NCBI GenBank assembly: GCA_032128115.1
Contig: JAQBHB010000051.1
Location: 1 to 64,000 of the forward strand
Reading direction: 5' to 3'
Length of the DNA: 64,000 nt
DNA from: Deltaproteobacteria bacterium
GTDB lineage: Bacteria > Myxococcota_A > UBA9160 > SMWR01
This document shows positions 12,208 through 23,570 of this stretch, in pieces (position 1 is the first letter of the stretch; every line of letters starts with the position of its first letter). A model generated the notes under the pieces. The model saw only the letters and a program-made list of their open reading frames with translations. It was not told the origin of the DNA and did no database searches. A program made the translations under genes and the position numbers.

Positions 12208-13487
12208 CGCGGATCCGACCGTTCCGGGCGGTGCGCTACGACCCGGATCGCGTGGACCTGGGGCGCGTGATCGCTCCCCCCTACGACGTGATCGCCGCGG
12301 GCGATCGCGCGGACCTGTTCGATCGCGATTCCCACAACGCCGTGCGCCTGGAGCTCACGCGCGACGTGGCGGACGAGGCCGGCACCGACTACGCGGACGT
12401 TCCCGCGACCTTTCGAGCCTGGCAGCGTGACGCCGTGCTGATGCGCGACGAACGCCCCGCGATCTACGGCCTGCGCCAGCAGTTCGAGGCGCCCGACGGA
12501 AGTCGCTGTACCCGCGATGGCTTCTTCGCTCTGCTCCAGCTGGAGGACTACGACCGGCGCGTCGTGCGGCCCCACGAGTTGACGTTGGCGGGGCCCAAGG
12601 CGGATCGCCTGAAGCTGTTGCGTGCCGCCCGGGCAAATCTCTCGAGTGTCTTCGTGCTGTACGAGGACCCGGAGGGAAAGCTCACCCGGAGCCTCCACCC
12701 GGTTCTGGACGGTACGCCCCTGGTGGTGGCACGCGAGCCCGGCGGAACTCACACCCTGACCCGGATCGACGACGCGGCAGCGCTGGATGCGGTGGCCAGC
12801 TTTCTGGCGGATCGGCCGGTGGTGATCGCCGACGGTCACCATCGCTACGAGACGGCCCTGGCGTTCCGAAAGGAGCAGGGCGGGGGGGCGAACGGCGAAG
12901 CCGCCTGTGACTGGATCCTGGCCTACTTTGCCAACGCCTACGCGCCGGGAAACCTGTTGCTGCCGATCCATCGCTTGATCGTCGAGGCGCCGGCTCCCTC
13001 GTCGCAGGCCTGGCGCGACCGGCTCCCGGGTTGGCGTCTCGAGACCGTGGCGGTGGAAGCGGCCGAGGCCATCCCGTTGCTCCTGGAAGAACACCTGGCG
13101 CCCAGGGCTCGCGACCACGCCTTCGCCGCCGACGACGGTTCCGGCCAGCTTCGCGTGTTCTCGAGGCCGCGAGCGGGAAGCGGGGGAAGCGGAAACGGCA
13201 GCGCCGAGCTGGATGTGCGCGTGATCCACCGCGAGGTGATCGAAGGGGTATTCGGCCTCGACGAGGAGGCCGTGCGCCACGGGGCCATCGACTATCCCAA
13301 GAGCGCCCTGCAGGTGGCGCGCGACCTGCGGGCGGGCCGGGGCAGCGTCGCCCTGTACCTGAACCCGCTTTCGCCCGACGACGTCTTCCGGGTCACCGAG
13401 GCGGGCGAGGTGCTGCCGCAGAAATCCACCTTCTTCTACCCCAAGCTGCCGACGGGGCTCGTGTTCCGGCCCCTGGAGGAGGCATGA
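12204..13487 (+). CDS. DUF1015 family protein
   Basis: IRPFRAVRY, APPYDVI, PHELT..GPKADRLKL, IADGHHRYETAL, LPQKSTFFYPKLPTGL. Confidence 0.9.
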   Translation: MTRIRPFRAVRYDPDRVDLGRVIAPPYDVIAAGDRADLFDRDSHNAVRLELTRDVADEAGTDYADVPATFRAWQRDAVLMRDERPAIYGLRQQFEAPDGSRCTRDGFFALLQLEDYDRRVVRPHELTLAGPKADRLKLLRAARANLSSVFVLYEDPEGKLTRSLHPVLDGTPLVVAREPGGTHTLTRIDDAAALDAVASFLADRPVVIADGHHRYETALAFRKEQGGGANGEAACDWILAYFANAYAPGNLLLPIHRLIVEAPAPSSQAWRDRLPGWRLETVAVEAAEAIPLLLEEHLAPRARDHAFAADDGSGQLRVFSRPRAGSGGSGNGSAELDVRVIHREVIEGVFGLDEEAVRHGAIDYPKSALQVARDLRAGRGSVALYLNPLSPDDVFRVTEAGEVLPQKSTFFYPKLPTGLVFRPLEEA

Positions 13488-13804
13488 GCCCGCGTCGGCG
13501 CAAGAGCCAGCCCGAGGAGATCAGCAGCCTCCTGCCCAAGGTCCTGCACGAACTGGGGCTCGACCAGACCGCCCGGGTGATGCGAATCGCTTCGCGCTGG
13601 GAGACTACTGTGGGGCCCGAGATCGCCCGCCACTGCCGTCCCACCGCCATTCGTGGCGAGGTGCTGGAGGCCAGCGTCGATTCCAGCGTCTGGTGCCAAC
13701 AGCTGCAGTTCCGCACCCCCGAGATGCTGGAAGCCCTGCGCCGCGATTTCGGCGACGAGGCCCCGGGGGAGATCCGGCTCTCGGTGCGAGCGCCGGTGGG
13801 CTAG
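13484..13804 (+). CDS. DUF721 / DciA-like protein
   Basis: 106 aa; W..VG..IARH..P..IR..VL...VDSSVW.QQL pattern typical of DUF721. Confidence 0.8.
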   Translation: MSPRRRKSQPEEISSLLPKVLHELGLDQTARVMRIASRWETTVGPEIARHCRPTAIRGEVLEASVDSSVWCQQLQFRTPEMLEALRRDFGDEAPGEIRLSVRAPVG

Positions 13805-13814
13805 CGTTCCGGCG

Positions 13815-14054
13815 ATGGGTGAACGCGATTCGTCGACCCCGGAGACCCGGGGCGCTCGTGCCGGGGGCGCTCATGACGAGGGCGAACAAGCCGGCCGGTC
13901 CTGCGATTTCTGTGGACGCGTCGTCGACAGGGTCCAGCGGGTGGCCCTGGACCGCGACTACGAGCGGCTCCAGACCCCCCACCCGGTGCGCTACGCCTGT
14001 CCGACCTGCTCCGAGGAGAAGGAGCGCCGTCGGCTCGCTGCGCCTGGCCGTTGA
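13815..14054 (+). CDS. Small hypothetical protein with CxxC...CxxC (putative zinc finger)
   Basis: 79 aa from ATG 13815; CDFC and CPTC motifs; same strand, 10 nt after the DUF721 gene. Confidence 0.65.
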   Translation: MGERDSSTPETRGARAGGAHDEGEQAGRSCDFCGRVVDRVQRVALDRDYERLQTPHPVRYACPTCSEEKERRRLAAPGR

Positions 14055-14079
14055 CCCCCCCGCGGGACTCGCCTAGATT
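14051..14079 (+). promoter_or_regulatory. sigma70-type promoter of the rpsP operon
   Basis: TTGACC (14051-14056), 17 nt, TAGATT (14074-14079), followed by an AGGAG RBS before the rpsP ATG. Confidence 0.7.
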
Positions 14080-14109
14080 TCCGGCCGCTTTCCCAGGAGT
14101 TTCCAGCCC

Positions 14110-14364
14110 ATGGTCAAGATTCGACTGAGCCGAGCCGGCGCCAAGAAGCGGCCCTTCTACCGCATCGTGGCCATCGACGAGCGGCGCGCAACCAATGCCC
14201 GCGCCCTGGAGTTCCTGGGGACCTACGACCCGCGACACGATCCGGCCGTGGTGACGCTCAAGAGCGAGCGCATCGAGGCCTGGGTGGCCAAGGGCGCGCA
14301 GCTCTCGCCCACGGTCCGTTCGCTGATGAAGCGCGGCCGCAAGGCCCTCGCCGGGGCTGCCTGA
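14110..14364 (+). CDS. rpsP: 30S ribosomal protein S16
   Basis: MVKIRLSRAGAKKRPFYRIVA.D, LGTYDP, W..KGAQLSPTV. Confidence 0.98.
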   Translation: MVKIRLSRAGAKKRPFYRIVAIDERRATNARALEFLGTYDPRHDPAVVTLKSERIEAWVAKGAQLSPTVRSLMKRGRKALAGAA

Positions 14365-14365
14365 G

Positions 14366-14602
14366 TTGGCGGACAAATCCCTGAGTGCGGCGCTGGTCGA
14401 ATTCATCGCCAGGGGAATCACCAACTCCCCCGACGCCGTCGAGGTGCACGTGCGCGATGGCGGCAAGCTTCTGGAGTTGGAGACGGCAGAGGACGATCGC
14501 GGTCGCGTGATTGGTCGTCAGGGACGCGTGGCGAAGGCGATGCGCGCCGTGCTCGGAGCGTCGCGCCATGGAGCGGACTGCCGTCTCGACATCATCGACT
14601 GA
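14366..14602 (+). CDS. khpA: KH-domain RNA-binding protein (KhpA/YlqC)
   Basis: DDRGRVIGRQGRVAKAMRAVL; canonical position between rpsP and rimM; TTG start. Confidence 0.9.
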   Translation: MADKSLSAALVEFIARGITNSPDAVEVHVRDGGKLLELETAEDDRGRVIGRQGRVAKAMRAVLGASRHGADCRLDIID

Positions 14603-15128
14603 CCCGGTCTGGCTGCCACTCGGCCGAGTGGTCGGAGCCCACGGACTTCGCGGTCAGATTCGAGTCCGCTACTTCGGAGACGGACCCGACGAGCTGCTGA
14701 GGCAGCCGCGGCTGATGCTCGGGGACCGTGAGAACGACCCCGAGGCGATCGGCTACGACGTGGTCCGGGCGGCGCCCGGTCGCAGCGGGGAGGTTCGGAT
14801 CGGGCTGGAGGGTGTCGATGGGCGGGCCGACGCCGAGGCATTGCGGGGGCGTATGGTCCTGACGTCGCCGGACCGGCTGGCCGAACTGGCCCCGGGCGAG
14901 TACTACGGCTACCAGTTCGTGGGGTGCCGCGTCGAAACCGAGGACGGAAGGGCGATCGGCGTGGTGCGATCGATCTGGCCCACCGGGGAGACCGACGTCC
15001 TGGTGGTGGAAGCTGAAGGAGGCGTCGAGCACCTGGTTCCGGCGGCGCGGGAAGTCCTGCGCGAAATCGACGTGGAAGCGCGGCGCATTGTCGTGTCGGT
15101 GATCCCGGGACTGCTGGACACGGCGTAG
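14568..15128 (+). CDS. rimM: Ribosome maturation factor RimM
   Basis: LGRVVGAHGLRG, AEALRG, GEYY, DVLVV, LVP, IPGLL; operon context. Start uncertain. Confidence 0.93.
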   Translation: MERTAVSTSSTDPVWLPLGRVVGAHGLRGQIRVRYFGDGPDELLRQPRLMLGDRENDPEAIGYDVVRAAPGRSGEVRIGLEGVDGRADAEALRGRMVLTSPDRLAELAPGEYYGYQFVGCRVETEDGRAIGVVRSIWPTGETDVLVVEAEGGVEHLVPAAREVLREIDVEARRIVVSVIPGLLDTA

Positions 15129-15140
15129 GAGGGAGGGCCG

Positions 15141-15863
15141 GTGCTCCGGATCGACGTGATCACGATCTTTCCGGGGCTGTTCGACGGCTTCGTGCGTGAA
15201 TCGATGGTCGGCATTGCGGTCCGCCAGGAAAAGCTCGAGATCGCAGTGCACGACCTGAGGGATTGGACGGAAGATCGACACCGCACGGTCGATGATGCGC
15301 CCTACGGGGGCGGCCCGGGCATGGTGATGAAGCCCGAACCCCTGGTGGCGGCGATCGAGGCGGTGGCGGGCCCCAAGGGTCCGAATCGGGAGACGCATGT
15401 GGTGCTGATGTCGCCCCAGGGAAGCCGGCTGGACCAGACTCGCCTGGCGGGCCTGGCCGGTGAGCGGCGCCTGGCACTGGTGTGCGGCCGTTACGAGGGC
15501 GTGGACCAGCGTGCCATCGACCTGGCGGTGGACGAGGAGATCTCGGTGGGAGACTACGTGCTCTCCGGCGGCGAGGTGCCGGCCATGGTGGTGATCGAGG
15601 GCGTGGTGCGTCTGGTGCCCGGTGTGCTCGGCAATCCCGAGTCGAACCGCTGCGAATCGTTCCAGCAGTCCCTGCTGGAGGGCCCCCAGTACACACGGCC
15701 GGCCGACTTCTGCGGCCGGGCCGTGCCGGATGTGCTGTGCTCGGGCGATCACGCCGCCGTGGCGCGCTGGCGCCACGAACAGGCCCTGGAATGTACGCGT
15801 CGCCGGAGGCCGGATCTCCTGCAACAATTGGGAACCAAAGCTCGAAAAGAGGACCCGTCATGA
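15141..15863 (+). CDS. trmD: tRNA (guanosine(37)-N1)-methyltransferase
   Basis: [49 protein letters not shown]. Confidence 0.98.
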   Translation: MLRIDVITIFPGLFDGFVRESMVGIAVRQEKLEIAVHDLRDWTEDRHRTVDDAPYGGGPGMVMKPEPLVAAIEAVAGPKGPNRETHVVLMSPQGSRLDQTRLAGLAGERRLALVCGRYEGVDQRAIDLAVDEEISVGDYVLSGGEVPAMVVIEGVVRLVPGVLGNPESNRCESFQQSLLEGPQYTRPADFCGRAVPDVLCSGDHAAVARWRHEQALECTRRRRPDLLQQLGTKARKEDPS

Positions 15864-16333
15864 ATTCCATGGATGCCGTTCACCAGCAGGGAATCCGCAC
15901 CGATCTCCCGCCCTTCCGGTCCGGAGACACGGTTCGGGTGCACGTGAATATCCGTGAGGGCGAGAAGCAGCGGATCCAGGTTTTCGAGGGCGTGGTGATC
16001 CGGCGCCAGGGAGGTGGCCACTCGGCCACGTTCACGGTCCGCAAGATCTCCTACGGCGTGGGCGTGGAGCGGATCTTCCCGGTGGAGTCGCCGGCGGTGA
16101 CCAAGATCGAGATCAAGCAGCGCGGCCACGTGCGCCGGTCGCGCCTCTACTTCCTGCGCGAGCTCTCGGGCAAGAAGGCGCGCCTGCGCTCGAAGGTGCG
16201 GGATCTGAGCGCGCTGGTGGCGCCCAGCGCGAGCGAGCCCCCGGGCACCGCCGCCGCGGCACTGGAGCAGACGGAGGCCCAGCTGGAGACTCCGGACGCC
16301 GCGCCGGAAGAACCCCCCGTCGCCGGTTCCTAG
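15860..16333 (+). CDS. rplS: 50S ribosomal protein L19 with Ala/Pro/Glu-rich C-terminal tail
   Basis: [53 protein letters not shown]. Confidence 0.97.
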   Translation: MNSMDAVHQQGIRTDLPPFRSGDTVRVHVNIREGEKQRIQVFEGVVIRRQGGGHSATFTVRKISYGVGVERIFPVESPAVTKIEIKQRGHVRRSRLYFLRELSGKKARLRSKVRDLSALVAPSASEPPGTAAAALEQTEAQLETPDAAPEEPPVAGS

Positions 16334-16707
16334 TCCTGCGCGGTGAATGCGCCCTCCCAGTGGCGCAGCTGCCAATCAGACTCGTCCCGGGTTCCGGGCT
16401 CGCATACGACCACGTCGAAGCGGACACGTCGGACGCGTCCTGGCCAGGTGCGAAGCCAGGCCGCCGCCCCCCTCACCAGGCGCGCGCGCTTGCGTGCGTC
16501 CACCGCCTCCTCGGGCGCTCCGGCCGCTCGGCTGCGGCGCGTCTTCACTTCCGCGAATACCAGCAGGCCGCCGCGGCGCGCGACGATGTCGATCTCCACG
16601 CCGCCGGCTCGGACGTTGCGCGCAACGATGCGATACCCTCGCCGCTCGAGAAAGCGGGCGGCGCGGGACTCGCCTTCGTCCCCGAGCGATCGCCGGGAAT
16701 CGTACAT
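16330..16707 (-). CDS. yraN: YraN family (UPF0102) putative nuclease
   Basis: LGDEGE..A..FL...GY.I..RN.R....EIDIVA, FAEVKTR, EAVD..KR, RFDVV; ATG at 16707. Confidence 0.9.
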   Translation of the reverse strand: MYDSRRSLGDEGESRAARFLERRGYRIVARNVRAGGVEIDIVARRGGLLVFAEVKTRRSRAAGAPEEAVDARKRARLVRGAAAWLRTWPGRVRRVRFDVVVCEPGTRDESDWQLRHWEGAFTAQD

Positions 16708-16744
16708 GGGGATCTCCCCGGGACCGGGGAGACGCGAAGCTAGC

Positions 16745-16812
16745 AGCTTCGGGAGCTTCGGGAGGTCTGGCGGCCCGTGCTGGGAGTGCTGGGAGTGCTG
16801 GGAGTGTTGGGA
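16745..16812. repeat. Two adjacent 9-bp tandem repeats: AGCTTCGGG x2 (16745-16762) and GTG(C/T)TGGGA x4 (16777-16812)
   Basis: Read directly. The second array encodes the MLGVLGVLGVLG start of MtnP. Confidence 0.9.
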
Positions 16813-17658
16813 GGCAGCGGCGTCTACGCGCTGGATGGACTGCGGAATCCGCACTGGGAGAAGGTCGAGTCGCCGTTCGGCACGCCCTCGGACGAGATCC
16901 TGCTTGGCGAACTGGGCAACACGCCCATGGCGTTCCTGCCGCGCCACGGGCGCGGCCATCGGGTGCCGCCGTCCGAGATCAACTACCGGGCCAATCTCGA
17001 TGCTCTCAAGCGCGTGGGCGTCACCGATCTGGTGTCCGTGAGCGCCTGCGGCTCCCTGCGCGAGAACCTGAGCCCCGGCACGTTCGTGTTGGTGGATCAG
17101 TATGTGGATCGCACCCATGCGCGGGAGCGAACCTTTTTCACCACCGGTGTGGTCGCCCACGTCTCCATGGCGCGTCCCGTGTGCGGTCGCCTGGTCGAGC
17201 GTCTCGAGCAGGTCGCCCGGGACGCGGGAGATCCCGTCGTGCGCGGCGGTGTCTATCTGGCCATGGAGGGACCGCAATTTTCGAGCCGTGCCGAGTCGGA
17301 GCTCTACCGCTCGTGGGGCTGCGACGTGATCGGAATGACCAACATGCCCGAGGCCCGGCTCGCCCGAGAGGCCGAGATCTGTTATGCGAGCGTCGGGATG
17401 GTGACGGACTTCGACTGTTGGCACGACGAGCACGACGACGTGGCGGTGGCCGACATACTGGACGTTCTCACCCGCAACGCCGAGCGCGCTCGCAGCCTGA
17501 TCGCCGCGTTGGCCGAGGGTTTCGCCCACCGGCCGGTGCCGTGTCCCGAGGGTTGCGATCGAGCCCTGGACAGTGCTCTCATCACCGCACCCGACGCGCG
17601 CGATCCGGATCTGGTGGCTCGCCTGGACGCCGTCGCAGGTCGCGTGTTGGCTGGCTAG
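16777..17658 (+). CDS. mtnP: S-methyl-5'-thioadenosine phosphorylase
   Basis: GGSG, PFGTPSD, FLPRHGRGH, NYRAN, ACGSLRE, DQYVDRT, MEGPQFSSRAES, IGMTNMPEA.LAREAE, VTDFDCW. Confidence 0.95.
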   Translation: MLGVLGVLGVLGGSGVYALDGLRNPHWEKVESPFGTPSDEILLGELGNTPMAFLPRHGRGHRVPPSEINYRANLDALKRVGVTDLVSVSACGSLRENLSPGTFVLVDQYVDRTHARERTFFTTGVVAHVSMARPVCGRLVERLEQVARDAGDPVVRGGVYLAMEGPQFSSRAESELYRSWGCDVIGMTNMPEARLAREAEICYASVGMVTDFDCWHDEHDDVAVADILDVLTRNAERARSLIAALAEGFAHRPVPCPEGCDRALDSALITAPDARDPDLVARLDAVAGRVLAG

Positions 17659-17677
17659 AGGGCGACGGAGGCGGCTC

Positions 17678-18205
17678 ATGCTCATCAAGTCCCTGATCCG
17701 AACGATTCCCGACTACCCCGAGAAGGGGGTGATGTTCCGCGACATCACCACCCTGCTGCAGGATCCGGAGGGGTTGCGGGCGGTCGTGGAGATGCTGGTG
17801 TCGCCGTTCCGGGGCCACCGCATCGAAAAGGTGGCGGGCATCGAGGCGCGCGGTTTCGTGTTGGGCGGCGCCGTTGCAGTTCGGCTGGGCGCTGGCTTCG
17901 TGATGGTTCGCAAGAAGGGAAAACTTCCGTTCGAAACCCGGGGCGCCGACTATGAACTCGAGTACGGGACCGACCGGGTCGAGGTGCACACGGACTCGGT
18001 CTCCCGGGGCGAGCGGGTGCTGATGGTGGACGACCTGATCGCCACCGGCGGAACCCTGCACGCCGCGATCCGGGTGGTCGAGGACAGCGGCGGCATCGTG
18101 GCGGGCTGCGCGGTGGTGATCGACCTGCCCGACCTGGGCGGCCGGAAGCGGATCGAGGCGTCGGGCCACAAGCTCGTCTCGCTCTGCGAATTCGCCGGGG
18201 AGTAG
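17678..18205 (+). CDS. apt: Adenine phosphoribosyltransferase
   Basis: IPDYP..GVMFRDIT, GIEARGF, RKKGKLP, YELEYG, PRPP motif VDDLIATGGT. Confidence 0.97.
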   Translation: MLIKSLIRTIPDYPEKGVMFRDITTLLQDPEGLRAVVEMLVSPFRGHRIEKVAGIEARGFVLGGAVAVRLGAGFVMVRKKGKLPFETRGADYELEYGTDRVEVHTDSVSRGERVLMVDDLIATGGTLHAAIRVVEDSGGIVAGCAVVIDLPDLGGRKRIEASGHKLVSLCEFAGE

Positions 18206-18220
18206 GCCGGGGCACCGCTT

Positions 18221-19318
18221 GTGAAGGTCGGGGGCGTTGCGTACCGCTCGATCCAGCTGGCGGACGACGGCTGGTCGCTGTCGGCGATCGACCAGACGCG
18301 GCTGCCCTTCGAGTTCGAGATCTTTCGCCTCCAGAAGCTCGAAGACGTGACCGAGGCGATCCGGGTCATGCGGGTCCGGGGCGCGCCGCTGATCGGCGTG
18401 GCCGCCGCCTACGGCCTGTGTCTCGCGCTTCGCGAAGACCCGTCCGACGCGGCCCTCGACGCGGCCCGGGAGCAGCTGCTGGCCACACGGCCCACGGGGC
18501 ACAACCTGCGCTGGGCCCTGGACGAGATGGACGCGGTCGTGCGCGCGTTCGCGCCGGGCGACCGCGCAGTTGCGGCCTACGCGAAGGCCGCCGCCCTGGC
18601 CGACGCGGACGTGGCCACGTGCCGGGCCATCGGGGAGCACGGTTTGCCCTTGATCGAGGAGGCGTGGGAGCGACGCGGCCGGCGGGAACCGGTGCGGATC
18701 CTCACCCACTGCAACGCCGGCTGGCTGGCCACCGTGGACTGGGGGACGGCGCTGGCGCCCATCTACCTGGCCCACGATCGGGGCATCCCCGTGCACGTAT
18801 GGGTGGACGAGACGCGGCCCCGCAATCAGGGGGCGAGCCTCACGGCCTGGGAGCTGGGCCAGCACGGCGTACCCCACACGGTGATCTCCGACAACGCGGG
18901 CGGCCACCTGATGCAGCGCGGTCAGGTGGATCTGTGCATCACCGGAACCGATCGCACCACGGCCCGTGGCGATGTGTGCAACAAGATCGGCACCTACCTC
19001 AAGGCCCTGGCGGCCCGCGACAACCTCGTTCCGTTCTACGTGGCACTTCCCTCGTCGAGCATCGACTGGGATCTGGACGACGGGCTGGCTGGAATTCCCA
19101 TCGAGGAGCGCGCCGGCGAAGAGCTGCGCCGGGTGACCGGCCGGAGCGACGACGGCCGTATGATCCAGGTGACGATCCTGCCGGACGCCAGCCCGGTGGC
19201 GAATCACGGCTTCGACGTGACGCCGGCGCGCCTGGTGACTGCCCTGGTGACGGAACTCGGGCGCTTCGAGGCCTCGACGCGGGGTCTTTTGGATCTCCGG
19301 TCCGGCGCAAGGCGCTAG
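18221..19318 (+). CDS. mtnA: S-methyl-5-thioribose-1-phosphate isomerase
   Basis: IDQTRLP, MRVRGAPLIG, TRPT, LTHCNAGWLAT, ETRPRNQGA.LTAWEL, NKIGTY, FDVTP. Confidence 0.96.
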   Translation: MKVGGVAYRSIQLADDGWSLSAIDQTRLPFEFEIFRLQKLEDVTEAIRVMRVRGAPLIGVAAAYGLCLALREDPSDAALDAAREQLLATRPTGHNLRWALDEMDAVVRAFAPGDRAVAAYAKAAALADADVATCRAIGEHGLPLIEEAWERRGRREPVRILTHCNAGWLATVDWGTALAPIYLAHDRGIPVHVWVDETRPRNQGASLTAWELGQHGVPHTVISDNAGGHLMQRGQVDLCITGTDRTTARGDVCNKIGTYLKALAARDNLVPFYVALPSSSIDWDLDDGLAGIPIEERAGEELRRVTGRSDDGRMIQVTILPDASPVANHGFDVTPARLVTALVTELGRFEASTRGLLDLRSGARR

Positions 19319-19327
19319 GCGCGCCGG

Positions 19328-20149
19328 GTGGGCACGCTCTTCGTCGTCGCAACACCGATCGGAAACCTGGAGGACGTGACCCTTCGCGCGCTGCGCGTGC
19401 TGGGCGAGGCCGACCTGGTGCTGGCCGAGGACACCCGGCGCACGCGCGTGCTGCTGGACCGGCACGCGGTGAAGGCACGCCCCGTGTCGTTGCACGCCCA
19501 CAACGAGGTGGCTCGCGTCGAGAGGGTCCTGGCGGTGTTGGCCAGCGGGGGCTCGGTGGCGTTGGTCTCCGACGCGGGGACGCCGCTGGTGTCGGATCCG
19601 GGCGAGCGCCTGGTGGCCGCCGTCATCGAGGCCGGCTATGTCGTAACCCCTGTGCCCGGGGCCTCGGCCGTGCTTTCGGCCGTGACCGTGTCGGGCCTGC
19701 CGGCGGCGTCCTTCACCTTCCTGGGATTTCCGCCGCGCCGGGCCGGGGCCCGCAACGCGGCGCTTGCGGCGCTGCGCGATCGGCCCGAGTCCCTGGTGTG
19801 GTTCGAGTCGCCGCGTCGGCTCGCGGCGACTCTTCGCCACCTGGCCGACGCGCTCGGAGATCGGCGCGCGGCCGTGGCGCGCGAACTCACCAAGCTTCAC
19901 GAAGAGGTGGTGCGGGGAACCCTTTCGGAGCTGGCCGAACACTTTGCCGAGGGCGCCCGAGGAGAGGTGACGATCGTCGTCGCGGGCGCGGCGCCCGCCC
20001 CCGCCGACGCAGAGAGCCTCGACAGCGAGATCCAACGCCGCCTGGATGCCGGCGACTCCCCCCGCGAGATCGCCGACAACCTGCCGCGCCCTCGCGGCAT
20101 GGGCCGCCGCAGCCTCTACCAGAGAGCCCTCGCCCTGCGCCGCCCCTGA
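19328..20149 (+). CDS. rsmI: 16S rRNA (cytidine(1402)-2'-O)-methyltransferase
   Basis: LFVVATPIGNLED, AEDTR, VSDAGTP.VSDPG, FESP.R, RELTKLHEE, RGE. Confidence 0.96.
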   Translation: MGTLFVVATPIGNLEDVTLRALRVLGEADLVLAEDTRRTRVLLDRHAVKARPVSLHAHNEVARVERVLAVLASGGSVALVSDAGTPLVSDPGERLVAAVIEAGYVVTPVPGASAVLSAVTVSGLPAASFTFLGFPPRRAGARNAALAALRDRPESLVWFESPRRLAATLRHLADALGDRRAAVARELTKLHEEVVRGTLSELAEHFAEGARGEVTIVVAGAAPAPADAESLDSEIQRRLDAGDSPREIADNLPRPRGMGRRSLYQRALALRRP

Positions 20150-20165
20150 CCCCCGTTTCGCTTCA

Positions 20166-22343
<2,178 letters not shown>

Positions 22344-22355
22344 TCAGGGGAGGAC

Positions 22356-23567
22356 ATGGGCCAGGCCGCGCAATGGGAGGGGTTCGACCCGGGCGAGCGG
22401 GACCCGGGTTTGCGTCGCTTCGCCGACGCCATGCCGGACGGCGTGGCCGTGGTGGGCAACGGCCGTATCCACTGGGCCAGCGAGCGGTTGCTGGAGCTGT
22501 TGGGCCGCACCGCCTCCGACCTGTGCCAGGTCGGATTCGCGGAGCTCTTCTCGGACGACGGGTCCGGCGTGCCCGATCCGGACCGGATCCGGGCCGTGGA
22601 GTGCCGGATCGAGCGTCCCGACGGAGAGATCCGGAACGTGATCTGCCGGCCGGTCGATCTGACCGACGGGCGCGGGGCCGACCGGACGTCGGCCGGCGAT
22701 TCCGGCGCGTGGGTGATCGAGGACGTGACCCACGTGCGGTTGCTCGAGCGCGAGCTGCATCGCATGAACCAGGAACTGGGCCGCACCAATCAGGAGCTGG
22801 CCGTCCTGCGCGAGCGGCTTCGGGGCGAGCTGGCCGAGCGCGAGGAGCTTCTTGCCGTCGTGAGTCACGAGCTTCGCACGCCGGTGACCGTGATCAGCGG
22901 CTACAACCGTCTGCTGCTCTGCGACCAGGTGGGCAGCCTGAACGACGAGCAGCGCGGCTTCCTGGAAGAGAGCAACAAGAGCTGTGAGCGACTCAACGAC
23001 TTCATCGGCAACCTGTTGACGGCGTCGCGCGACGCCAAGGGCGGCGACGTCCTCCAGATCTGCCAGGGGTCGCTGGTGGGTGTGATCGAAGGCGTGCGCG
23101 GTGCGCTGCGACCCCTTCTGGAAGAGGGGAAGCTGAAGATCCGGATCGACGCGTCCCCCGAAGCCAGCCACGCGCGTTTCGATCCGCTGCGCCTGGACCA
23201 GATCCTGACCAATCTGCTGGGCAACGCCATCAAGTTTTCGAAACCGGGTGACACCATCGAGGTCTCCACGGCGGCGTTGCCTCCCAGCCAGGGCTCGAGC
23301 CAGAGCCTGGTGGAGGTGGCCGTCGCCGACGAGGGTCCCGGCGTCGACCCGGACGACCGGATCCGGATCTTCGAGCCCTATGTGCGGGCCGGCGACGACA
23401 CGCGCGCCAACGGGTTGGGTCTCGGTCTGGCCATCTGCAAGCGCTTGGTGGAGGCCCACGGCGGCGGGATCCGGGTGACGGACCGGCCGGGCGGGGGCAG
23501 CCGCTTCGCGTTCACCCTTCCCCTGGGCGATGGCAAAAGGGCCACGCAGGCAGAGGAAGGCGAGTAG
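22356..23567 (+). CDS. Cytoplasmic sensor histidine kinase with N-terminal PAS-like domain
   Basis: SHELRTP H-box, QILTNLLGNAIKF N-box, DEGPG, IFEPY, GLGLGL G2; no transmembrane segment apparent. Confidence 0.92.
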   Translation: MGQAAQWEGFDPGERDPGLRRFADAMPDGVAVVGNGRIHWASERLLELLGRTASDLCQVGFAELFSDDGSGVPDPDRIRAVECRIERPDGEIRNVICRPVDLTDGRGADRTSAGDSGAWVIEDVTHVRLLERELHRMNQELGRTNQELAVLRERLRGELAEREELLAVVSHELRTPVTVISGYNRLLLCDQVGSLNDEQRGFLEESNKSCERLNDFIGNLLTASRDAKGGDVLQICQGSLVGVIEGVRGALRPLLEEGKLKIRIDASPEASHARFDPLRLDQILTNLLGNAIKFSKPGDTIEVSTAALPPSQGSSQSLVEVAVADEGPGVDPDDRIRIFEPYVRAGDDTRANGLGLGLAICKRLVEAHGGGIRVTDRPGGGSRFAFTLPLGDGKRATQAEEGE

Positions 23568-23570
23568 TCG

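Noticed and set aside
16207..16333. Ala/Pro/Glu-rich C-terminal extension of L19
   Set aside because: Low-complexity tails on L19 are common in many bacteria; not distinctive.
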